Positions 37,785 to 51,350 of a DNA stretch of 64,000 nt are shown here, in pieces (positions within the stretch are counted from its first letter, which is position 1; each line of letters begins with the position of its first letter). This DNA comes from Eledone cirrhosa. Lineage: Eukaryota. The notes below the pieces were generated by a model. It worked only from the letters and a program-made list of their open reading frames with translations. It did not search any database and was not told where the DNA came from. The DNA lies in contig OZ024743.1 of NCBI GenBank assembly GCA_964016885.1, forward strand, positions 60,140,001 through 60,204,000. Reading direction: 5' to 3'. The position numbers and the translations under genes were made by a program.

Positions 37785-37954
37785 ATATATATTGTTATAC
37801 TTTGGGAGGGTCATGTTGCCAATAAGAAACACACGCACCAGTTGCTTTCACTTCAATTTATTATATATTTATAAATTTATAAATTTACAAAGCTACACAT
37901 TTATAAATTTCTGGTTGGTTGGTTGGTTCCACAACCTGATAGTTGTTTATATAT

Positions 37955-37999
37955 AGTCATAGTCCTTTCGTCACACACTATGTGACCTCTTCAGTGACT
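37955..37999 (-). ncRNA. Hammerhead in the Penelope 3' repeat
   Basis: AGTCA-CTGAAGA-g-GTCACA-tagtg-TGTGAC-GAAA-ggac-TA-TGACT. Confidence 0.82.
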
Positions 38000-38203
38000 G
38001 GGGATTCCTTTCTTTGTTTCTGTGCCTTTCCTTTCTTCTGTCCTACGCCATTTTGTTTCTGTGTGTGTGTTGTGTGCTCAGTTTGCGCATGCGCCACATC
38101 CGGGTGTCTCTGTGTGTTTGTGTTCATTTATCTATTTGTTTATTTATTTACATGTTATTGGTTGGTTGTTTGTTCTATGTGTGTGTGTGTTTTCATTTTG
38201 TCC

Positions 38204-40086
38204 TTAATTGTAAGTTGTGATGTTGCTGTTCCACTCATATTTTCTATTTAATTTTGGTTGTAATTCTTTTATGTTTATTGCCTCTGTAATTTGTCTAAAC
38301 ATTGCATCTTTTCTGTGTGTAGATTCTATTTTTATTTCTATGTTCTCTAATTTACCCTTGTGTTCTATCTTAGCATGTTGGTAGAGTACAGATGATTCTT
38401 TATTATCTTGAAGGTCTCGCCAGTGTTCATTTATCCGTTCCCCTATACTACGAGCTGTCTCACCTATGTACACTATATTTTTGTTTCTACATTGTCCTTC
38501 AGTACATCTTATGCTATACACTACATTTCTAGTTTTACAGTTAATATGGGGGCTTATTTTACAGGTTATACATTTCTTGTCTATACATGAGGGTCTTTGG
38601 AACGGGTATGTCTTGCTAATAAGTGTTTTTACGGAGGTACCTGGTCTTTCTACTATCTTAATATTGAGTTTATGTTTATTTAGGGCCCATCTAAATTTGT
38701 AGGCTAGTTCGCCTCTAGGGGTTGTATCGATGAACATTACACTCTGGTATTTATTGCTATCATACCATGAGTTTATTCTATTGGCCTTGTTCCTAGTTCT
38801 TTCTATTCTATTCCAAAATTTGCTCCTCTACAAGGGGCAGGTCCCATTTATGTCATTATTTACCTTTTTTTCCCATTTGGTTCTGGCTCCTCTATACACT
38901 CTGATTCTATCTCTCTGATTGTAGCCAGAGAACTGCATACGGTGGATGAAGTGTTGTATGTGTCTCTCTAGTTCTTCGGGGTTGCACATGCGGGACACAT
39001 TTCTCATCACCCGTACCAAATCCGCAATCAGTATGTTGATTTTGGTATGGTCCGAAATGGCCGAATTTCGGTGGATCAGATGTTTGGAAGTCATGGGTTT
39101 GGCAAAATGGGAATGGAGGATTTGTTTTTGGTTGTTAATGGTATCTAACCAGAGCTCTGTGTCTAGTACAGGTAATCGATGGTTGGGGTGTCTACTTGGG
39201 TAGCCTATAGTAACTCTAATGCTCTGGTGGATGGAGTTTGTTATTTGCTGGATGCTTTCCATTGTGTTTTTCTCTAGTTCCTGACTGTTCTCTAGTGGGG
39301 GGTGTCTTAACTACGATGTTTATATCGTCTACGTAGCGGGAGTACATTATCAGGGTTAAGCTGTCTTCTAATTGTTCATTAAGTTTTTGTTTAAGTCTTC
39401 TGTCCCACCATACCATGAATAAGTTAGCTATGTCGCCTGCAATGCTAACACCAATGGCTGCTCCTTCCTCTTGGGCATATGTTTTACCATTAAATTTGAA
39501 CATATGTTCCTTAAGGGTTAATTTTATGCTGGCCCCTACCGCATGTGCAATCATTTTCTTCAGTTCATCGTGGTTTTCGGGTGTCCGTATGGCTCTGGTC
39601 CACCCGTTCCATCTATCTGTGTGGGTTTTCTTGGCCATTGAGGTAATGGTAGGTGGTCTGCCTCTTGCTGGTCTTGTAGGGCACACGTTGCTAAGGTCAT
39701 ATGTGTTTAGGTAACTATTACTATGGATAAGCTCACTGGTATCAATCCCACGGAACTCAACCTTGCTCTCGCTGATCATTTCTACGCATTTCTCCACAGC
39801 AAAATCCACGTCAATAGATGGATACAGGGACACAACATCCATACTGCCTATTATGCAGTTTGTTAGGTACCCAGATCGGTTACTCACGCCGATTCTGCTG
39901 AGGAGGTCCTCCGTTCTGTCACATACATCTGGGGACATCTCAATGATGGGGCGTATGATCAGGGAGAGGAAGTAGGACAGTCTGTAGTTACTAGCAAAGT
40001 TAGCTCCACAGACTGGCCGTGTTGGTGGTCCCGCGACAGGGTCACAGCCCGTTTTATGATCTTTTCGAAGCCCATACAACGCCGGC
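38204..40086 (-). pseudogene. Penelope RT-GIY-YIG ORF, frameshifted
   Basis: ORFs 39216-40274 (its part below 40087), 38828-39262 and 38204-38737. Confidence 0.9.
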
Positions 40087-40296
40087 ACAATTAAGGACAA
40101 AATGAAAACACACACACACATAGAACAAACAACCAACCAATAACATGTAAATAAATAAACAAATAGATAAATGAACACAAACACACAGAGACACCCGGAT
40201 GTGGCGCATGCGCAAACTGAGCACACAACACACACAGAAACAAAATAACGTAGGACAGAAGAAAGGAAAGGCACAGAAACAAAGAAAGGAATCCCC

Positions 40297-40340
40297 AGTC
40301 ACTGAAGAGGTCACAGAGTGTTGACGAAAGGACTATGACT
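40297..40340 (+). ncRNA. Hammerhead in the inverted Penelope repeat
   Basis: AGTCA-CTGAAGA-ggtcacagagtgttgac-GAAA-ggac-TA-TGACT. Confidence 0.8.
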
Positions 40341-40576
40341 ATATATAAACAACTATCTGGTTGTGGAACCAACCAACCAACCAGAAATTTATAAATTTGT
40401 AGATTTGTAAATTTATAAATTTATAAATATATAATAAATTGAAGTGAAAGCAACTGTAGCGTGTGTTTCTTATTGGCAACATGACCCTCCCAAAGTATAA
40501 CAATATCGGTTTCAACACCCGATTTCAGATAAGGAATCTTGCTAAACAAATTCAGAAACGAAATATATATATATAA

Positions 40577-40645
<69 letters not shown>

Positions 40646-40650
<5 letters not shown>

Positions 40651-41352
40651 ATTTTGTTATGCTTTGGGAGGGTCATGTTGCCAATAAGAAACACACGTAC
40701 CAGTTGCTTTCACTCCAATTTATTATGAATTAAATTCATAAATTTAAGAATTTATGAATTTCCGGTTGGTTGGTAGGTTCCACAACCGGACGGTTGGTCG
40801 TATATTGTCAAAGTTATTTCGTCACACATTATGTGACCTCTTCAGTGACTGGGGATTATTTTCTTTGTGTTTGTGCCTCTCCTTTGTTCTGTCTTACGCC
40901 ATCTTGTGTTTGTGTGTGTTGTGTGCTTAGTTTGCGCATGTGTTACATCCGGGTGTGTCTGTGTGTTTATATTTGTTTATTTATTTGTTTATTTACTAGT
41001 TACTGGTTGGTTGTTAGTTCTATGTGTGTGTGTGTGTTTTCATTTTGTCCTTAATTGTAAGTTGTGAAGTTGCTATTCCATTCATTTTTTCTATTTAATT
41101 TTGGTTGCAGTTCATTTATGTTTATTGCCTCTGTGATTTGTTTAAACATTGCGTTCTTTCTGTGTGTAGATTCTATTTTTATTTCTATGTTCTCTAATTT
41201 ACCCTTATGTTCTATTTTAACATGCTGGAGGAGTACAGCTGATTCTTTTCTATCTTGAAGCGCTCGCCAGTGTTCATTTATCCGTTCTCCTATACTACGA
41301 GCTGTATCACCTATGTAGACTACATTCTTATCTCTATTTTGTCCTTCAGTGC
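40646..41352 (-). mobile_element. Second, diverged and heavily 5'-truncated Penelope copy (GIY-YIG end, 3' repeat, hammerhead at 40807-40850)
   Basis: VVYIGDTARSIGERINEHW..; the repeat is colinear with 37789-38505. Confidence 0.9.
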
Positions 41353-42258
41353 ATAAAAAATACAGACATCGCACGGCGTCATCCCAGTGGTATTATTTAT
41401 AAAATGCAACACGTGGTTCGAATCATTCACAGATTTGCATTTGATGTGTAAACGCAGATGGTTGGATCTTCTCCTTTTGTGACCATCCCGAATTTGACCG
41501 CTGTGATTTACTGGTTAATTAGTGAAATATATTTTTTATTTAAAGAAATATATACAAAAGAGATTAATCATTTTAAAAGGTATCTATATTTGAAGTTCTA
41601 GTTAAACTTTAATTAGTTATATACCTAGCTATGTGTGTTTACACACTTTACAAATTATTCTCTGAGATTGTTCCATGTGTTTATTTTATATATATATGTG
41701 TCAATCTACTTCTAGTAGATATAAAATGCTCGGATCTATTCATTGGAATCTTTGAGCTTATTCTGCAGTAAATATGGTGCATGTCTCTCAGACATGACAA
41801 CCTTAATTTAATTTTGGATATATATACGGCCCCTTGGTTGTAGAGCTAATTCAGTTGAATGGACTCGGCTGCTATTTCTAGCTGTCGATAATCCTATTCA
41901 CGCCACTGGAATGACGCGGTGCGATGTCTGTATTTTTTATAAAATGCAACACCTTGTTCGACTCGTTCACAGATTTGCATTTGATGTGTAAACGCAGACG
42001 GTTGGATCTTCTCCTTTGGTGGCCATCCAGGATTTGACCGCTGTGATTTACTGGTTAATTGGTGAAATATATTTGTTTATTTAAAGAAATATATACAAAG
42101 GAGATTAATCATTTTAAAAGGTATCTATATTTGAAGTTCTAGTTAAACTTTAATTAGTTACCTACCTAGCTATGTGTGTTTACACACTTTACAAATTATT
42201 CCCTCAGATTGTTTCATGTGTTTATTTTATATATATATGTTTCAATCTACTTCTAGTT
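41353..42258. repeat. ~320 bp direct repeat pair plus a short inverted repeat
   Basis: 41397-41716 resembles 41937-42256. 41353-41389 is inverted at 41903-41940. Confidence 0.85.
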
Positions 42259-42613
42259 TATATATATATATATATAATTATATATAATGTGGGTGCATGT
42301 ATGAGTGTGTAAGTTGTTGATGCGTCTATATACCGATGTAAGTGTGTAATTGGATGTACGTATAGATGCGCACATGTATGTTTATGTGTACGTGTATGTG
42401 CATATTTAAATGTGTGTGTACATGTCTATATATTTGTTTCCGTTATTAGATGTTTCATTTTTAATAGATATGAATTTCAAATATTATATCCAAAACATAA
42501 CTAGTTCATGTGATGAACGACCTAGACGTCTGTGTAAGTATTGTCTACTTTCCTGAAACCATTGGTAATGGGATAACTATATTGTGTTGTTTATAATGTA
42601 ATTAAATACCTCT

Positions 42614-42673
<60 letters not shown>

Positions 42674-42818
42674 TATTTAGGTTTGTTGGTTCACCACTGG
42701 ATAGAATTGGTCATTCCGTATGGTCAATATTGATGTAATAGTATGGAGAGTACTCAACGTAGTGCAGTTCACCCGTCTTCGTTTGTGTAGTTGGTGGTGC
42801 TAATACGGAGTTAATTAT

Positions 42819-43167
42819 TATAAATAAAATAACAGGAGGCTGGACTGGTGTAAATCCTTGAAAAGTTTATTATACTATGATCATTTCAATGACCGGATTC
42901 CGTATGAATCCGGTGATATCATCAGGTATTCGAAATCAGGTAGTCGCTCTCAAGTGAGGGCGAGTGACCGAGGTGAAAGCAGCTAGTTGGTCAGTCGTCC
43001 TCTCTGTCTATGATTTCGGACCCATGGATTTTATATGTTACTTTGTTATATTTCGAAGACCTGATGATATCACCGGATTCATACGGAATCCGGTCATTGA
43101 AATCATCATAGTATAATAAACTTTTCAAGGATTTACACCAGTCCAGCCTCCTGTTATTTTATTTATA
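42819..43167. mobile_element. Fold-back element with near-perfect ~118 bp arms and a hammerhead in each arm
   Basis: 42819-42936 is inverted at 43050-43167. Confidence 0.9.
42872..42929 (-). ncRNA. Type I hammerhead
   Basis: ATAC-CTGATGA-tatca-CCGGATTC-atacg-GAATCCGG-tcatt-GAAA-TGATCA-TA-GTAT. The plus-strand copy is at 43057-43114. Confidence 0.82.
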
Positions 43168-44689
43168 TATATATATGTATATATATAGAGAGAGAGAGAA
43201 TTCGCAAGAATCAAAGCTATGTTCAAAACATTTATTCACTTACAATTGTTTCATCCAAACCTAGTCTTGGCGTCTTTGGAGCATTTTTTAATGCTTGTAC
43301 ATATAATCGACCTCCTATCCAACGCAAGAGACATACAGATACATATATATTTATTGATGTACAGTAGAGTGATATATGTTATACTATACTATATTTGTAT
43401 TGTAATTCAAATTTAAAATCAAAATTAAAATGCATGCGGCAGATAACACAGACAATGCAAGAAAATAGTCCAATAATCAGATCTAGTAGATAGTGTATGC
43501 GTTAGTCATATATAGAGTATGCAAGTGTGTCTCATTTATATAAGAGTATTGTGTGGCAAGGTATTACATGTAATACAAGCACTTTAAGCGGGTAAGCAAG
43601 AGTATTATGGTGGTTGTAATGGGAGGGTATTTTTTGTATAGATCAAATTAGTATGTGTGGAGAAAAAGAAAAAGAAAGTTATAGTTTTCACATCCACCAC
43701 CATTTTCACATCCAGAAAAAGGAAGTTATAGTTTTCACATCCATCACATATGTTGCGATGTATTCGTATTGAATGTTTGATGTAGTAAAGGATTGTAACG
43801 TATTGAGTGACACTCAGTGTTATTTAATCCATATTTATAGAATAGATTCTTTCTGCTGCGAGAATTTACAGCGGTTTATTATCCGGAAGTAGGTATGCAA
43901 TTAAGGGTAGTTAATGCGTAAGGAGAAGTAATTAGCTGATTCTCATAACTAAATTCATTGTTCTAACATACATTATATGGTAATTTTAAATACAGTCTAC
44001 TCTATCATAATGTATTAAAGGTATCTATAGGAAGTTGATTACTCCTTATTGTATAGCGCTCTAATTGGATTTCCCACGCAAAGTGCTATATCTTTATATC
44101 AAATTCAGTTTAAATACAGTCTACTCTCAAAACATATCAAAGGTCCAATTAGAATTTTGTCTACATAACCCCTGGTAAGCTATGGAGCAGCGTACGGCTG
44201 TTTGCATGATAAAATTAGATACATCTCTTTGGTAAACAAATTCATCCCCCATATACAACGTCATTAATCTATCCATTAAGTTATAAATGCATATATAATT
44301 CATATATAATTCACTGCACCACATTACATATAAGTTACTCAAATCCCTTATATTAATAAATTAATCCTATATATATCCAATGTTATTACTCTATACATTT
44401 AATTATAAATGCATATACAATTCATTGTTGTATCCAGTATTTAAATTTTATATAGACTGTATTATATTTCAATCCTTATATAATTATAAGTAATTAAAAG
44501 TAATTATATTAAAAGTTGGTGTTTATAAGGATATTTCTAGGGTATAAATTTATAGATAGATAGAATAATTTGTGTCGAAGAAAGGGTGGATCAGAGAGTG
44601 TGGTGTAGTGGTGGAGGGCAAGCCCTTGAGGTGCAGTGTTAAAAGTGGTGATGAGTTCAAATCTGACATTGTTATATACTAGGTTTAAC

Positions 44690-45450
44690 GCTTTGGAAGG
44701 AGTGTCGGAAGCGGTGCTGGCACGACGCAAACACCTCCGATTTTTTTTATTAAGGAGGTTAAGTTTCGAAAAGATTATAGTATGGGTCTCTAGTAGACAG
44801 AGGTTACAGAATTTATTAGGTGGCTTGTACGATGCCGCCCTACCTATCACTTCCCATTGAAGTGTATATGATCTATTCCTAGTTTGCAGATAGTGTATGT
44901 AGCTAGATAGTGAACTGGAGTTGGCTAGACTGTGTTTTTTGAAAGAATGGAGATGTGAGTTGTATCTCGTTTTGAAGCAGTTCGAAGTAGAGCCTATATA
45001 GGTTTCAGTAGAGTTGCTAGGTCTGACCGAGCATGAGTAAATGATGTCCTTGTTTAAGCAGTTTTTACCTAAAGGGCAGGTTCTATTAGATCTACGGTTA
45101 CATTTATTGTGGATGTTAACCTGTCGGTTATTATGTTGAGTAGAAGTCTGGTTGTTAGGTATGGCATTATGGCTATGAATGTTGTCGCTCCTAATGCTAT
45201 TGATTTCGTTAGTGTTATTACTATTATTACTATTGATATCAGGGTTTGTAGTTATTATGTTGTTTTGAAAGTTTACCCCCTACTGTGTTTTTGTTTGTTG
45301 AAAGTAAGTATTAATCTTTCTTTTATTGCTACTAACTATGTGGTATGCTATGTTAGGCATGGTAGAGTAGGATATTTTAATGGTGTTTTTATTTATAAGA
45401 CTATGGTACTTGTGGCCAGATGGGAAGTTTTTTATCCAGAACAGATGTTC
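44690..45450 (-). mobile_element. Penelope-like GIY-YIG endonuclease fragment (a different PLE family)
   Basis: Manual translation: CPLGKNCLNKDIIYSCSV..ETYIGSTSNCFKTRYNSH..SLSSYIHYL..LQWEVIGRAASY..FCNLCLLE..LLNKK. Confidence 0.88.
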
Positions 45451-45548
45451 TTACATTGAGCTATATATCTTACTGGTAATAAGGTAGTAATAAATTACTG
45501 GCCTTCCCTGTTTATAGTTTAAAATATACATAACTATAAATAGTATCC

Positions 45549-45644
<96 letters not shown>

Positions 45645-46907
45645 ATGTATACATATATGCATTTATGTTTATGTGTGTGCGTGTGTATGATTGTTTAATG
45701 TTTTCGGTTACAACATATATTGCCATATATAGCAAATGTGAAGAATTCAATGTTTTAACAGTGTACAAATATACTTGCCAGAATTGTAGAAATAGCATTT
45801 TATAAGAGTAGTCATAGTGATAGTATTTATGGCGACAGAATCAGATTTTAATTGAAGCATTTCGTGAAAAATTCAGCCATTTCTATTAATATAATTATTA
45901 TAATTGTCATTATAATAGAACAAAATTTACATAAAATAATTACAATGTGTGATGCTGAAAGTATTCTATCTGCAGTGGATATTGTAACGTTCATTGATGG
46001 ATTACAATACACGCTATGAGTTTCTAATATAACAAATATATATACAGCTGTTAATCATATGCTAGCGCGTGGCCACTTTCCATCCCACAATACCCTCTCA
46101 CGATGCTATCACAGATGCAAGATGGTCGATTGCCAAAGATTCTTTTATATGCAGATTTAATCATATGCCTTGTAATAACATGATCAATAACGACTCCACT
46201 TCAACGACATTTTTCCTCTCAATATAACCCATATTTCTTGTGTCTGTAATGTGCTACCTAACGATGGAATATTCAGGAATTCGGGGAGAGCGTAAAGTGA
46301 CACTAATTTTAAATATTCAACTGTCTTTTGTTGAAAGAGAATCTATGTAAAGTGGATTGCATCCATATGTATTAATATTCTGAATAGATATGGTGTTGTA
46401 GAAGTGAAAATGTAGATTTCATGATTCAACGAGTGATGTAGAGACAGAGGAAGAGGGCGGACAGATATGAAGGATGTGGTAGATTCTATGAATATGAAAC
46501 TTGATATCATGTCTAAACATTTATAGTGTGATTTACTCCTTCATATATACGTGTATTAGAAATCTGTCGCCGTCATCGTTGCGAGTCGATATATATGTAA
46601 GTGTGGTTGTGTTATGTGTGTGTGTATGTGCCTGTATATTTTATTTTATTTTAAAATATTTTCACAAGTGAATTAATGGCTTTTAATTGTATTATGTTTT
46701 AATTACCCTATGTAATTCTATACATATGTCTCTATATATGTTCAGTGAATGCGTAATATATGTATATAATATTTTATTTACTGTTTACTTTGTTCCCCAA
46801 TATTGAATGACACGATACGCACTCAAAATCACATACTCACCAAACAAGTTTCGGTCATTCAAACTATATCAAATAATCTTGGTTTTATATGCATATTTAA
46901 TTGGATA

Positions 46908-47060
46908 TAGCCGCGATTTGGCAGACATTAGAACATCGGATATGACCCTTCATAATATTCCGCCGGGCTCTCTGTGTTCTAAATTCAACCCTCAACCAGG
47001 TCTTTTAAGATTTCTTGATAGGAAAATAAAGCACCAGGCCAGTACTATTGTCTATTCCCC
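46908..47060 (+). mobile_element. Decayed SINE
   Basis: TTGGCAGACATTAGAACATCGG head and aaaataaagcaccag..cagtact body weakly parallel the 16906 family. Confidence 0.45.
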
Positions 47061-48429
47061 CTCTATATCTCAGTCTGACGTTATCTTTCTCTTAAAGAAA
47101 TTGGTTGTTCAAACACAAAGATTGATTTGCTTCACCAGGTTTAATTTCCCATGTTATGCTGGAGGTTATGACGTCGCAGAGGAGTTTCGTAAGACGTTCA
47201 ACCCTTATGGATGGATAGGATGCATGTATATTTGTATGTATGTATGTATCTACACACGTATATATGTGAATGTATGTCTGTATGCATGTTATTCGTTGTG
47301 TCAGTATAGCTATATGTTTTACTATTTCTGCATAGACATACATATATTGACTGTCTATATATGTTGATGGCACTCCGTTGCTCACGACGATGAGTGTTCC
47401 AGTTTAACGAACAACAAAACAGTCGGTGTGATTCAATCAGGCAGTATGTGATAAGGCCTGCACATCGAATTTACTAGTACAACTCATTCTGCCAGTAATC
47501 GAACTCTCGATCATTAGCCGAACGCCCTAAAATCATCACAAGATCTCATATTGTTTGTATATTTCCTCCATTTTTTGTATGACCTTCTAGATTTTTATCT
47601 GTAAATTATGAGATTCACACTATAACCAAGATTTCTTGAATTCTTTTTCGATAACTCTAATTTAAACCGTTTGTACCGTAATTCACACGAAACCTTCACT
47701 GGTGGTTTTCAAATACTAAATTTATTCCATTCCACTTCAAGTTATATAATGTGAAGGTACATGCTTACACTGATTATAATGTTGTACCCATCGCCATAAG
47801 CTCTTAGGATGGATCCCTCGACAAGGCAGCAAGTTGTATTCTTGAGCAAAATGATTTGCTCCTTCAGTCGGGAGTTGTGACCACCACATAGTATCAGCAG
47901 TTGAAAGATCAATCAAAGACATTATTTTCTTATTTCAATATACTGTTATTGTGATTACTTTTTGTAGTTTTAAATTTCTTATACGTTAGATGAGTTCTAC
48001 TACCAATCAATGGTTAATCAATTGGTTTATTAATTGTGAAAGTCGTTCGTTACAGCTTTTAATATTATTACTTACTATTTAACTTATACAACTCTTCATC
48101 TTCCACACTTCAAATTTACCTTTTCTTTTCGCCTCTCAGCAGGGCATTGCGATTTAATTTCTTTGTGCAAAATCCCCCTTTCTTTTTCTTCATGACACTT
48201 CACAACAGAATTGTTTTACGTTTTTTTAGTCATTTAAATTAATGCATCGATATCCCTGAGATTTTCCCACATTTCTACATCTACTCTGTCCCGAAACATG
48301 TGTGGAATTTACCAAAACACCATACACATCAGACACACACATACATGCATACATACATGCATACATGCATATATATAAATGCATGCATGCATACATGCGT
48401 ACATACATAATTATTTATTTAATTGTTAT

Positions 48430-51350
48430 AAAATGGCGAAAAATATCTTCCGTTGGCTATATGAACAGAATGAAGCTTCACTGGGACGAAATTCATCAAG
48501 AGCTAAATCATTTCACAGCCAAACAATTACGCCAACAAGCGACGTTTGTTGAATGTGAAAATAAGATAAATATTAGTAATTGTAAGTCCCCCACAACAAA
48601 CATGGAATCAACAACACGTTCTACAGGTCGCCGTGCTATTAAATTTCCTATCAGCCAGGTCGAACAGTCCTTTGAAAAACTATGCCTGTAAGAAATTTCA
48701 CACCACGTGTACCATCTGAGTCTACCACGACTGTTGTGGAAAACACCATCGATAATAATGATTTCTTATATAGGCACAAGGCCAGTTATTTGGGGGGAGA
48801 GGAAAGTCGATTAAATCGACCACAGTACGTCACTGGTGCTTTATCTTATTGACCCCGTAAGAATGAAAGGCACAGTTAATCTAGGCGGGATTTGAACTCA
48901 GACCGTAAAGGAGAGTAATTCTATGCTGCAAAGCTTGGTGTCCGACTCTACCGATACTCTCAATCCACCACCCTTAATACTATCGATAATAATAATAATC
49001 AAATGTATAAACCATTGAAAATTTCCCCCAACGAAATCTTCCAGAGAGAAATTAATTCATGAATAAACATTTCTCTTTCTGAACGTAATAAAACAACAAT
49101 ACTAAATAAAATAAAACCAAATAATGAAATCTTACGTGCTATTGACGAAATAGGGGATGAATATTTACGACGAAGTAATACCCCCACATTTTAGCAAATC
49201 AACGCCTGTTTATATCCCATAGCAACGACAGTGAAGCATTATCTTAGTGATAGCAGAGATATTAACAAGAACAAAACACTACCAGAAATACAAACATATA
49301 TAACTAAAATAGAAAAGAGATGCTGAAAAATATGGGGTGAAAAGAAAAATTACAAACAAGATGCAGTGTGGCTAACAGAAATCCAAAAGAACTATTGCTC
49401 CTACGCTACAACAAAAACATACGCGATAAATAAGGATAACCTTGAGACTGTGATAGGAAAACTCCAAGATTAGAAAACACCAGGAGGAGACTTGATTGTC
49501 GGCTATTGGTACAAAAAACTGATATTCTATCGGATGTATCTTATCGAACTCTACCAACAGGTTCTCAAGGGAGATACACGTGTATCGGAATGGTTGACGT
49601 TAGCACAAAAAATACTGGTCCCCAAGAACAAAGACACAGACTTGGCAAAAAACTATCGACCCATTTCATGCCAGAATCTGATTATAACCTGTATACAGCC
49701 AGCCTGAACCTATTTCTCCCAGATCACTGTGAAAATAAGATAATCACAGATGAACAAGCAGCTGGAAAGAAAGGTATTTGCGGGGTATGCTAAACAACTC
49801 CTAATCAAAAAAACTGGGATGTCAGAGGTGCAACAACTTAGGAGGAATATAGCTACTGTCTGGCTGGACTACAGGAAAGCATTCGATTCTGATCCCCACT
49901 CTTGGATGTTAGAGGCCTTCCGACTTGCTAAAATCCCAGACATTATTATCAGATCCTTAGAGAAGTTATCTTCTTCTTGCGCTATTATCCTAAGGTTAAA
50001 GACAGAGAAAGGGAACTCTATTTTCACTGATAAAATAGAATATCACAGGGGTATATTTCAAGGAGACAGTCTCTCTGTGATATTATTTATCCTGTCATTA
50101 AACCCCTTGTCCTTTTTGCTCAAAAAATGTGAAGGATACATCATTGGCTCAGAGGAGGACATAAATACGACCTTAAACCATAATTTCTTTGTGGATGATC
50201 TACTACTCTATGCCAAGAACATAATTAGGAGGAAGAAAAATCTTGACCCGGTTACAACATTCTCAAAGGATATAGGAATAGAGTTTGGCCAAGATAAATG
50301 CTCATATATGACTGTAAACCCAGGGTAAAACTACAACACAATCTAACAACATTGTCATCAATGGCCTAACTGCTTCACCGATATTTGATGGGTACTGCTA
50401 TAGATACCTGGGGATAGATGACAATATATCCTATAATGGTATTTGTAATAAGGAACGTGTAACCGGGGAATATTACACCCGATTAAGATAAATATGGTCA
50501 TCAGAACTCTCAGCGCACTGTAAAACAGTGGCTCTTCATGTGTTTGCTGTGCCTGTCCTAACACCATCTTTTGGAATACTCGATTGGACGATAGACGAAA
50601 TCCGATCAATTCATGTTAGGACTCGAGAAATACTAAACAACACCGGACATTTCCACATCAACAGTGACATAGACCGCCTTTACTTGAAACGTATACAGGG
50701 AAGAAGAGGTCTAACATCAGTTCAGACAGCATTAGAATGTCGCATGATATCCCTCCGACAACACCTACGAACCTCAAAGCGTAGGAGCCCATCTATCGAG
50801 CAAGTTTATCTGCATGAGACAGATAAAATCATGAGAGTTGGGAAGGAACTCCTTGAAATATATTCCCTGCATTATAGTAAAAAACTCACACGCAGAGAAA
50901 TTGTCTAGAAATATCGCAGCAAATCCATGGATAAAAGACTGCATGATTATCTGCAAAAAATCATGCATGGATATGTTGCCAGGAAGCTGCAGAGTGAGAG
51001 TAATATAGATAAGGAAAGTAGTCTATCTTGGACCAACAATCGCTATATTGGCTCCCACTTTGAAGAAGGATACGCTTTTGCAATCCAAGAACAGGAAATC
51101 AACACAAAATACCTGATTCACAAAAGAGATAAGGATGCAGGCAAAACACCTAAATGTGAAAAATGCAAACTCTGCAGAATTAATATCGAAGATAGCCCTG
51201 ATAATATATACATTAAAAGCTACAGCAATGTGGAAGACATCCATAATATGAAAGAGTACTGGTGGAATGTTCCAGTAAAAACCCCCAATAAAATGCAGGC
51301 TTAATAGACCAGATATAATGATATGAGATAGGGAAAAGAAGGCATGCAAT
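48430..51350 (+). mobile_element. Old R4/Dong-clade RLE retrotransposon, heavily decayed, with a SINE insertion
   Basis: GYMNRMKLHWD, KNYRPISC, WLDYRKAFDSDPHSW, GIFQGDSLS, NHNFFVDDL, SDIDRLYLKRIQGRRGL, AIQEQEINTKY, CKLC, YWWNVPVKT, RPDI. Confidence 0.88.
48760..48975 (-). mobile_element. tRNA-derived SINE inserted in the R4 remnant, with TSD
   Basis: Reverse complement of the 16906 family (ggcacaaggccag, gaatgaaaggc, gggatttgaactcag). TSD atcgataataat at 48748-48759 and 48982-48993. Confidence 0.85.

Larger units (their letters stand above)
37789..40506 (-). mobile_element. 5'-truncated Penelope-like element (RT + GIY-YIG) with ~420 bp inverted terminal repeats
   Basis: LYGLRKDHK, RPVCGA, SMDVVSLYPSI, QEEGAAIG, RYVDD, LPVLD, C-x2-C..C..NVVY..C..YIGETARSIGERINEH. 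Arms 37789-38211 and 40087-40506 are nearly identical in inverted orientation. Confidence 0.93.

Noticed and set aside
40087-40274. Hydrophobic N-terminus of the 352 aa Penelope ORF
   Set aside because: It is read-through from the inverted non-coding repeat; the true RT sequence begins below 40087.
46807-47367. 186 aa ORF
   Set aside because: No recognisable domain; it overlaps a decayed SINE and (TG/TA) microsatellite sequence.
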